From Planctomycetota bacterium (GTDB lineage: Bacteria > Planctomycetota > UBA1135): a stretch of DNA of 13,949 bases. The stretch spans positions 1-13,949 of the forward strand of contig JASFYO010000087.1 of assembly GCA_045047305.1 (NCBI GenBank), written 5' to 3'. Positions 1-6,575 of the stretch are shown here, in pieces; within the stretch, counting starts at the first letter, position 1; every line of letters starts with the position of its first letter. The position numbers and the translations under genes were made by a program. Under the pieces are notes generated by a model. The model made no database searches. It worked only from the letters and a program-made list of their open reading frames with translations, and was not told the DNA's origin.

Positions 1-89
1 GGCAAGGGGGCGGGCTTCGATTGCGGCACCGCGCAAGAGGAAATCAGGATTGAAATAAGCAACAGGAGCTTTGACGATGGCATAGGCAC
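1..89 (-). CDS. Partial (runs off left edge) putative lipoprotein; start GTG at 89 or in-frame ATG at 83
   Basis: Manual translation from 83 gives MPSSKLLLLISILISSCAVPQSKPAPL, with Lys, a hydrophobic core and lipobox-like ISSC. There is no stop before the edge. An upstream TGtTAGCTT lies on the minus strand. Not in the ORF track. Confidence 0.65.
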   Translation of the reverse strand, partial: MPMPSSKLLLLISILISSCAVPQSKPAPL

Positions 90-94
90 ATCCC

Positions 95-142
95 AAGCTA
101 ACACGAGAAGCTCATTTGGCAACCGAAGCCGTGGGCTAAACT
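95..142. promoter_or_regulatory. Divergent promoter region: extended -10 TGnTAGCTT on minus (hexamer 95-100) and -10 TAAACT on plus (137-142)
   Basis: TANNNT hexamers sit 5 nt before GTG 89 (minus) and 6 nt before the mazG ATG 149 (plus). No Shine-Dalgarno is visible for either gene. Confidence 0.5.
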
Positions 143-148
143 CCTCCC

Positions 149-961
149 ATGCCGCCGACCACCAAGCCCGTTCCACCGAAAGTTCTCGAAGCACTTGGCA
201 ACCTTTACCAAGTCATTGATGAGCTGCGCTCCCCCGGCGGCTGCCCCTGGGATATCAAGCAGACCGTAGAAACGCTGGCACCGCACGTGATTGAAGAGTG
301 TCACGAGATGGCCGATGCCGTCGCGCGGAAGAGTGCTGCGGATACGTGTGAGGAACTTGGGGATTTAATGATGGGGGTGATGATGGTGGCTCGCGTTGCA
401 GAGGAGGATCGCGGATTTGGCTTAGCGGAAGTGGCCGATGGCATCCGCCAGAAACTCATACGTCGTCATCCGCATGTTTATGGAGAGGTGGAAGTCGAAG
501 GCACTAACGAGGTCCTGCAGAATTGGGAGGCCATCAAGAAGCAGGAGAAAATCGATAAGGGTGAGGATGAGTCCACCCTCTCTGGCGTACCGCGCTCACT
601 CCCAGCTTTACTGCGCGCCTACCGAGTTGGGGCTAAAGCCTCGAATGCCGGATTTGATTGGCCAGATCTGAAGGGGCCAAGCGCCAAGGTGGAGGAGGAG
701 TGGCAGGAATTCCAGGAAGCTGTTGCAAGCGGGAATAAGGACCGCGCTGCAGAGGAGCTTGGCGATTTGCTGTTTGCGGTGGTCAATGTGGCGCGGAAGA
801 TGAAAATCGAGCCAGAACTTGCGCTACGAGGCACGATTGAGCGCTTTTCTTCGCGCTTTGGCTACGTCGAACGCCATCTCGATAAAGACTTGGCCGACGC
901 CACCCTCGAAGAAATGGATGTTCTTTGGGAGGAGGCGAAAACTAAGGCTGCCGGGACTTGA
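149..961 (+). CDS. mazG: Nucleoside triphosphate pyrophosphohydrolase MazG (tandem-domain type)
   Basis: Motifs LRSPGGCPWD, EECHE, EELGDL, KLIRRHPHVY, NWEAIK, AGFDW, EELGDLLFAVVN and LEEMDVLWEEAK; 270 aa. Confidence 0.96.
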   Translation: MPPTTKPVPPKVLEALGNLYQVIDELRSPGGCPWDIKQTVETLAPHVIEECHEMADAVARKSAADTCEELGDLMMGVMMVARVAEEDRGFGLAEVADGIRQKLIRRHPHVYGEVEVEGTNEVLQNWEAIKKQEKIDKGEDESTLSGVPRSLPALLRAYRVGAKASNAGFDWPDLKGPSAKVEEEWQEFQEAVASGNKDRAAEELGDLLFAVVNVARKMKIEPELALRGTIERFSSRFGYVERHLDKDLADATLEEMDVLWEEAKTKAAGT

Positions 962-987
962 CCGCTTGACTAGGTGAGCCTTATACT
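958..987 (+). promoter_or_regulatory. Sigma70-type promoter for tRNA-Asp
   Basis: TTGACC (958-963, overlapping the mazG stop), 18-nt spacer, TATACT (982-987), then GC-rich TTCCGCCC. The mature tRNA starts at 1002. Confidence 0.7.
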
Positions 988-1001
988 TTCCGCCCAAGTG
1001 C

Positions 1002-1078
1002 GGGGAAGTGGCGCAATTGGTTAGCGTACCAGACTGTCGATCTGGTGGTTGCGGGTTCAAGTCCCGTCTTCCTCGCCA
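1002..1078 (+). tRNA. tRNA-Asp (GTC)
   Basis: Acceptor GGGGAAG/CTTCCTC, D stem GCGC/GCGT, anticodon stem CCAGA/TCTGG with loop CT-GTC-GA (anticodon 1036-1038), T arm GCGGG-TTCAAGT-CCCGT, discriminator G and encoded CCA. Confidence 0.96.
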
Positions 1079-1087
1079 TCTAAATCA

Positions 1088-1122
1088 AAACGGTGGATCT
1101 CTCGCGAGATCCACCGTTTCTT
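1088..1122. terminator. Bidirectional intrinsic terminator between tRNA-Asp and the convergent thiI-lipoprotein operon
   Basis: Perfect 14-bp inverted repeat AAACGGTGGATCTC-TCGC-GAGATCCACCGTTT (1088-1119). T-rich tails are present in both directions. The loop reads GCGA (GNRA) on the minus strand. Confidence 0.88.
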
Positions 1123-1140
1123 AATTATCTAGGCAGAGAA

Positions 1141-1932
1141 CTACCAGGGCTTCTTCATGGAGTTTGCCGGAAGCTGAATGGTGATGGCTTTGTCTTGGGT
1201 GCCATCCCAATCGAAAATCTGGTAGTGCTTATAGCGACCATTGCTAGCATTAAACGTGAGGCGATAAGAACCAGGTGAGCGGTTGAAAGCAACCTTGCCG
1301 AAGTCGTCGGCGCGTTCGGTGGTGCCCACGTTGCCGGAGCCATTGCCGCGAGCAGCCATTTTGCCTTCGAGCTTGGGTTGATTCACGTTCGGTGCCATGG
1401 TGCATACTGCGTTGTCCGCGCGGTCGCCGTTGGGCAAAACCACGATGAACTTACACACCGGAACGATGGTGGCCCGGATGGTCATTTCTTGAGTTTGGCC
1501 AGGAATCGCAAGGCCTGCTTCGGTGACGAAAGGATCAAAGCCAGGACCGGAAATCAGCCACCATTTCATGGTGCCGTCGGCATCTGCGGTGAGTGCGGAT
1601 TGGCCATGTCTAGGCGTGCGATACTCAGCGATCACAGTTCTGCGGATAGGGGAACGCATATACAACGGGTCCGGGATTTCGCGCAGAAGGTAAGTGTTCA
1701 CGCCGCCGATGACGTTGCCGGATGCAGCATCCACAATGTGGGCTACGTAAATGGTTTGTTCCGCGTTTGGGATCGGCGGATTCGGTGGTGGCGGTGCGTT
1801 TTCGGAAACCTGCGGGCCGGAGCCGGAAACGGTGGAGGAGATGACGTCTTTTTGCTGTTTGGTGCTCTTGGAGCAAGCAGGAAGAACGAGGATGGCGCCA
1901 CAAAGGACAACTAAAAGGAAACGGGGACTCAT
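1141..1932 (-). CDS. Uncharacterised lipoprotein with a Ser/Pro-rich linker and probably two beta-sandwich (carboxypeptidase-regulatory/transthyretin-like) domains
   Basis: Signal MSPRFLLVVLCGAILVLPAC (lipobox LPAC) and PPPPNPPIP linker. Segments IVDAASGNVIGGV and ADDFGKVAF..PGSYRL resemble that fold. The start overlaps the thiI stop (ATGA). The fold call is by eye only. Confidence 0.75.
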   Translation of the reverse strand: MSPRFLLVVLCGAILVLPACSKSTKQQKDVISSTVSGSGPQVSENAPPPPNPPIPNAEQTIYVAHIVDAASGNVIGGVNTYLLREIPDPLYMRSPIRRTVIAEYRTPRHGQSALTADADGTMKWWLISGPGFDPFVTEAGLAIPGQTQEMTIRATIVPVCKFIVVLPNGDRADNAVCTMAPNVNQPKLEGKMAARGNGSGNVGTTERADDFGKVAFNRSPGSYRLTFNASNGRYKHYQIFDWDGTQDKAITIQLPANSMKKPW

Positions 1933-3122
1933 GCGTCTTGTGAGAGTTCGAGCTTTTCGGCGCCGTGGATGGCGTCGAGGGTGAGTTTGTCTAAATCGAG
2001 GACCGCTTCTGCGGCTCGGGCCTCCTCGCGGGTTGCGAAGAGCACCGGGCTATCCGGTTGGAACACGGTACAACAATCTGGGGCTGGAAGGATGGAAAGA
2101 TCGAAGGTGCCAATCTCTCTCGCACGCGCGATGGCCTCGATTTTGTCCATTCCAATCAGTGGTCGCAGAATCGGCAAGGTCGACGCATCTTCAATCGCAG
2201 CAATGTTTTGCAGCGTTTGACTGGCAACCTGGCCGAGGCTTTCGCCGGTGATGAGGGCCTTGCACTTGCGTCGGGCGGAAAGGCGGCAGGCAATGCGGGT
2301 CATGGCTCTGCGGTAGAGCACGGTGCGGTAGGCCGGTGGGCAGTAATCGCGAATGGCTTCTTGATAGGCCGCGAAAGGCACGATGTGCAGTACCGTGCGC
2401 GGTTGCCATTCCCCTAATTTCTCCGCCAGGCGAATGATTTTCTCACGCGATTGCGGCCCAGTATGTGGGAAGGAGTAAAAACTGATGAACTCCATGCGCA
2501 ATCCGCGCTTCATGCCCATCCAGGCAGCCACCGGGGAGTCGATGCCGCCAGAGAGCAAGGTCATGCCGCGCCCGAGGGTGCCGACGGGCAGTCCGCCTGG
2601 CCCCTGAATGCGTCGGGCGAAAATCAGCGCTTGCTCTTCGCGGATATCAACCTCCAGCTCCAACTCCGCGTGCTTGAGGTTGACTTGCAGGGCGTCGTAC
2701 TTGGTCAGCGCCAGGTCGGCCAAGGTCAACACCATGGCTCGGCTGCGATAAGGGAAGGACTTATTCGAGCGGTTGACGGTGACGCGGAACGGAATTTTAT
2801 CCTGTCCAGGGAAGTCCTCTGCCATGCTGCGATCAAGTTGCTCCATGGCGGCCTTGACCATCAAATCATGATCCAAGTACACGCTGATCACCGGCGAGGC
2901 ACTGGTCACGCCAAAAACCTGAGCCGCACGCTCGACGTGATCCTCTAGCGGGACATCGGCATGCACCAAAATCCGACCACGCACGCGTTGGGTCTTCAAT
3001 CCCGGCAGAGGACCGAGCGCAGCCTTGAGGTTGTGGCACAAGGCATTCTCGAAAATGTGCCGATTGCCGCCTTTGAGGCCGAGTTCGCCGTAACGAATGA
3101 GCAAGGTGAAGGAATCTGTCAT
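1929..3122 (-). CDS. thiI: tRNA 4-thiouridine(8) synthase ThiI, short form (NFLD-THUMP-PP-loop, no rhodanese domain)
   Basis: Motifs IRYGELGLKGGNR, GPGGLPVG, LLSGGIDSPVA, TGESLGQVASQT, RPLIGMDK and PDCC. Start placed at ATG 3122 (MTDSFTLLIRYGE) because the ORF-track ATG at 3161 overlaps the putative -10. Confidence 0.96.
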   Translation of the reverse strand: MTDSFTLLIRYGELGLKGGNRHIFENALCHNLKAALGPLPGLKTQRVRGRILVHADVPLEDHVERAAQVFGVTSASPVISVYLDHDLMVKAAMEQLDRSMAEDFPGQDKIPFRVTVNRSNKSFPYRSRAMVLTLADLALTKYDALQVNLKHAELELEVDIREEQALIFARRIQGPGGLPVGTLGRGMTLLSGGIDSPVAAWMGMKRGLRMEFISFYSFPHTGPQSREKIIRLAEKLGEWQPRTVLHIVPFAAYQEAIRDYCPPAYRTVLYRRAMTRIACRLSARRKCKALITGESLGQVASQTLQNIAAIEDASTLPILRPLIGMDKIEAIARAREIGTFDLSILPAPDCCTVFQPDSPVLFATREEARAAEAVLDLDKLTLDAIHGAEKLELSQDA

Positions 3123-3159
3123 GGTTCTTGCCGGTAGGGCTTCCCCTTTGGGGCCCGAC

Positions 3160-3169
3160 ATTCTAGAAT
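3160..3169. promoter_or_regulatory. Palindromic bidirectional -10 element ATTCTAGAAT serving tRNA-Val (+) and thiI (-)
   Basis: TAGAAT reads on both strands (plus 3164-3169, minus 3165-3160). It lies in the 57-bp gap between two divergent genes. Confidence 0.6.
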
Positions 3170-3179
3170 CTGCGGCTTC

Positions 3180-3256
3180 GGGCGTTTAGCTCAGTTGGCT
3201 AGAGCACCTCGTTTACACCGAGGGGGTCGGGGGTTCGAGCCCCTCAACGCCCACCA
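3180..3256 (+). tRNA. tRNA-Val (TAC)
   Basis: Acceptor GGGCGTT/AACGCCC, D stem GCTC/GAGC, anticodon stem CCTCG/CGAGG with loop TT-TAC-AC (anticodon 3214-3216), T arm GGGGG-TTCGAGC-CCCTC, discriminator A and encoded CCA. Confidence 0.97.
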
Positions 3257-3359
3257 TCTTTCTCTGCGGGATGGTTATTCCCGAAAATAGCCCCTAGGGA
3301 ATTGCGCAGGAACCGCGATTTTTGCTTCCAATCCTAGGATTCTGGACGAAAATACTGCG

Positions 3360-5666
3360 ATGAGCGCCCTACTACTCTGGTCCGCCCTGCTTCTCCCACA
3401 GTTCGGCATGGACCAAGGGAGTGTAGATGTCACTGCTGCGTTTGCTGCTGAGGCGGTTGCCTCTGGCCAGGTGGTGGATTTACATGTGAATCTTGAGATC
3501 ACAGACGGATGGCATGTTTACCACCCGGATCAGGATGAAAACGGGATTCCAGTGTCGGTTGAGATACTCAGCCCCGGCGTCGAGGCTGCTGGCCCGCTCA
3601 AATCCCTGCAAGAGCCGAAGATCCACGAGCTCAACGTAGGCAGTTTTCACGCCACCTATTTGTGGCTGGCGGGTAAGCCGGAGTTGGTTTTGCCGGTGCG
3701 CGTAACCGGAGATGTCGGTGCGACCACCATCACAGTGAAGGTGCACTATCAAATCTGCGACGAAGAGGTGTGTTTGCAGCCGGCGGAAAAGGAAATCGCG
3801 CTGCGCATCAACCTCACAAAAGCGTTGGTGGAAGATGGGTTCAAGGGTGGGGTGGAGGAGGCGCAAGATGGCCCCATTTTCGAATTGGATCGTGAAGACG
3901 TGCTTTACGATAAAGTCGCGATTGAGTTTGCACTCGAAGGCGAAGTGGCAGAAGGACAAACGGTCGACGTGGTGGTCAAGCTGGAAGTTGAAGAGGGTTG
4001 GCATGTTTACGACCCCAAGCAAGACCCTGCCTTAGGCGTCCCAGTCACCGCCGTGGTGTTTGGAGATGGCCTCGTCATGGTGGAGCCGCTTGCGACTACT
4101 GCTGAGCCAGAAAGCCATGTCACTCGTTATGGCGGCAACGTTCAACAGTATTGGTGGCAAAGCGGTTCTTTGGAATTTCGCGGCAAGCTGCGTTTTGATG
4201 GGCCAGTCCCTTCCGACGCCAAGGTGCGCATTCTGTGGCAGGCCTGCACCGAAGAAGCCTGTCTCCAGGTTGAACGCCAAACCTATTCCCTCGCGAGTTT
4301 CTCTGCAGTTGGAATTGTTGGCCTCCCCGAAGGATTTTGGGCCTTCATGCTCGCGGCCGTGACTGCCGGTTTGTTGACTCTGCTCACTCCATGTGTCTTT
4401 CCGATGATTCCGGTGACCATCAGCTACTTCACCAAGCGTGCTGAGACCGGAAAAGGGACTCCGTTTGGGAATGCTGTGGCCTATGCCTGTGGCATCATCT
4501 TTACCTTCGCTGGAATTGGCGTGGGAGCAGCCTTGACCATGGGCGCGACTGGCGCGAATGCGATTGGCTCGAATCCCTGGGTTAACGCCGCCATCGGAGT
4601 CTTATTCGTGGTCATGGCATTCTCGCTGCTGGGGTTCTTTGAAATCCAAGCTCCCCGCTTCATGCAAAACTTTGCCTCCAAGACGCAGAGGCAAGGGCAG
4701 ACCAAAGGTGGGTATGTGCCGGTATTCATGATGGCGATTGCGTTCAGCATTACCGCTTTCACCTGTACCGTCGGTTTCGTGGGATTGGTTTTTGCAGCTG
4801 GTCTCAAGCTTGGTGCTGGTTATTTAGTAGGCGGCATGTTCGTTTACGGTTTGGTTTTTGCGCTTCCATTTTTCTTTCTCGCACTCTTGCCTTCGCGTTT
4901 GCAAAAAATGCCGACGGCAGGTGGCTGGATGAACACGGTGAAGGTTTGCGCTGGCTTCGTTGAGCTCATTGCCGCGATTAAGTTCTTCTCCAACACGGAC
5001 CAAATGTGGCAACTAGAAATCCTGACCTGGCCAGTGGTTTTGGCAGGATCCACCATCATCATGCTGCTTTGGGGTGCGTATATGCTTGGCTTTTATAAGC
5101 TGCCTTACGACTACGAAAAGCCAAAGCCAGGAATGCAACGCAAGATTTTCGGTGCGATCATTTTGCTAACCGGCCTTTGGTTGTCACCAGGGATATTTAA
5201 TCGCAGCTACAACCTCGGTGGCCTGGTGGCTTACATGCCACCACCGACTTACGGCCTGTACGAGTTCGATGAGGCGACCGGCCTGAAGATTGGCCCTGCC
5301 GACTTGGAATGGTACGAAGACTACGACCGAGCCTTTAAGGCGGCGGAAGTGACCGGCCGCCCCTTGTTTGTCGACTTCACTGGGGTCACTTGTGTGAACT
5401 GTCGCTTGATGGAGAACGGTGTATTTCCTGACCAAGCGGTGCGTCCTTTGCTGGAACAGTTCGCCCGGGTTGAGCTATGGGTGGATTTGCATCCTGAGTA
5501 CGGAAAGATGCAGGCAGAGCGCTATGGACGCGTTTCGCAGCCTTATTACGTACTTTTGGACCCACGTACGGATTCGGTACTCGCCACTTATAACGGCTAC
5601 GACTCCGACCCTGCCAAATTCGCAGCCTTGCTGCAAAAAGGTCTCGACGCCTACGCCGCGAAGTAA
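3360..5666 (+). CDS. dsbD: DsbD-family thiol:disulfide interchange protein: two N-terminal DsbD-like domains, transmembrane domain, C-terminal thioredoxin domain
   Basis: Two repeats carrying GWHVY and QxCxxxxC. Membrane domain with LLTPCVFPMIP, FTCT and GGWMNTVK. C-terminal PLFVDFTGVTCVNCRLME. Confidence 0.9.
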   Translation: MSALLLWSALLLPQFGMDQGSVDVTAAFAAEAVASGQVVDLHVNLEITDGWHVYHPDQDENGIPVSVEILSPGVEAAGPLKSLQEPKIHELNVGSFHATYLWLAGKPELVLPVRVTGDVGATTITVKVHYQICDEEVCLQPAEKEIALRINLTKALVEDGFKGGVEEAQDGPIFELDREDVLYDKVAIEFALEGEVAEGQTVDVVVKLEVEEGWHVYDPKQDPALGVPVTAVVFGDGLVMVEPLATTAEPESHVTRYGGNVQQYWWQSGSLEFRGKLRFDGPVPSDAKVRILWQACTEEACLQVERQTYSLASFSAVGIVGLPEGFWAFMLAAVTAGLLTLLTPCVFPMIPVTISYFTKRAETGKGTPFGNAVAYACGIIFTFAGIGVGAALTMGATGANAIGSNPWVNAAIGVLFVVMAFSLLGFFEIQAPRFMQNFASKTQRQGQTKGGYVPVFMMAIAFSITAFTCTVGFVGLVFAAGLKLGAGYLVGGMFVYGLVFALPFFFLALLPSRLQKMPTAGGWMNTVKVCAGFVELIAAIKFFSNTDQMWQLEILTWPVVLAGSTIIMLLWGAYMLGFYKLPYDYEKPKPGMQRKIFGAIILLTGLWLSPGIFNRSYNLGGLVAYMPPPTYGLYEFDEATGLKIGPADLEWYEDYDRAFKAAEVTGRPLFVDFTGVTCVNCRLMENGVFPDQAVRPLLEQFARVELWVDLHPEYGKMQAERYGRVSQPYYVLLDPRTDSVLATYNGYDSDPAKFAALLQKGLDAYAAK

Positions 5667-5669
5667 ATT

Positions 5670-6476
5670 ATGTTGCAACTCTTCCCCGGCGACGGATGCG
5701 GTAACCGCTTCTTACTCGTGCGGGAAGCAGAAGCACTTGCCGCAGGAGAAGCCCCAAGCTCGCTGGCGCAACGATTGTGCGGTGGCACCTACGACGGTCT
5801 TTTGGTCCTCGGGGCTAACACCTCTGGCGCACAAGCGGTGCAAATCCTTAACCCCGATGGCAGCGATGGTGGCGCATGCCTTAACGGATTACGGGTCGCT
5901 GCATGTTTTAGTGCTGCCGACCGCGGACGCCTAGAGATGGCTGGCCGCGTTGTGGGCTGGCGGCGTGTGTCAGGCGGTTTTGAATTGCAGCTACCCACCA
6001 CCTTTGCCGATCTCGAAGTCGAGGCGCTCACCTTGCCGGATGGACGCAAGGGCTATGCGGTTGCGTTTTGGAATCCACATGCGGTGTTTGCTTTTGACGC
6101 AGAGGCAGAGGAGTGCAAGCTTGCAGAGTTTGATTTGCCGTCCTGCGCAGCGCTTGCACGTAAAAAACGGGAGCGTTTCCCTACGGGCGTGAATGTGGAA
6201 GTGGTGGAGGGCTTAGGCGCTTGCGACGAGCTCCGCATGCGCGTTGATGAGCGCGGCGTCGGAGAGACGCAAGCTTGTGGCAGTGGTGCGCTCGCGGTGG
6301 CTGCAGCGGCCTGGGAGGGCGGTTCGAGTGCTCGCATCGGGGTGCAAATGCCTGGCGGAAGGCTTGAGATTGAGCGCGCCTTGAATGGTTCGATTCGGCT
6401 GCGCGGGGCGGCTAGAACCGGTCCCGGCAAAAGCCTGGCAGAGCTTCTTCGTGGCGAGCGCAAAGCCTTTCATTAA
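5670..6476 (+). CDS. dapF: Diaminopimelate epimerase (DapF family), divergent
   Basis: Motifs GCGNRF, NPDGS..ACLNGLR, NPH, FPTGVNVE, ERGVGETQACGSGA and MPGG.L.I. Both catalytic Cys are present. The start is 3 nt after the dsbD stop. Confidence 0.85.
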   Translation: MLQLFPGDGCGNRFLLVREAEALAAGEAPSSLAQRLCGGTYDGLLVLGANTSGAQAVQILNPDGSDGGACLNGLRVAACFSAADRGRLEMAGRVVGWRRVSGGFELQLPTTFADLEVEALTLPDGRKGYAVAFWNPHAVFAFDAEAEECKLAEFDLPSCAALARKKRERFPTGVNVEVVEGLGACDELRMRVDERGVGETQACGSGALAVAAAAWEGGSSARIGVQMPGGRLEIERALNGSIRLRGAARTGPGKSLAELLRGERKAFH

Positions 6477-6575
6477 AAGACTTTGCGGGCCCATGGATGG
6501 GAAATTAAAGCTTCCATGAAGGGCGCGGAAATGGTGCAATATGCGCTCTGTTCGGTGCCCCCCGGACCTTAGCCC

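Noticed and set aside
149..961. mazG as part of a toxin-antitoxin or anti-phage system
   Set aside because: It is the full-length tandem-domain housekeeping type, with no mazEF or defence genes adjacent in the window.
3123..3161. 13-aa N-terminal extension of ThiI from ATG 3161
   Set aside because: Family similarity begins at MTDSFTLLIRYGE, and the upstream ATG overlaps the putative -10 and lies only 18 nt from the divergent tRNA.
1079..3179. Genomic island integrated at tRNA-Asp or tRNA-Val
   Set aside because: No integrase, no duplicated tRNA 3' end that I could find, the cargo includes housekeeping thiI, and there is no visible compositional shift.
3510..4010. Direct repeat TGGCATGTTTAC as a DNA repeat element or CRISPR remnant
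   Set aside because: There are only two copies, both in frame, encoding the WHVY motif of the duplicated DsbD domain.
6491..6518. CATGGA...TCCATG inverted repeat upstream of gyrA as a terminator or operator
   Set aside because: Short 6-bp arms, a long loop and no U-tract; compatible with chance.
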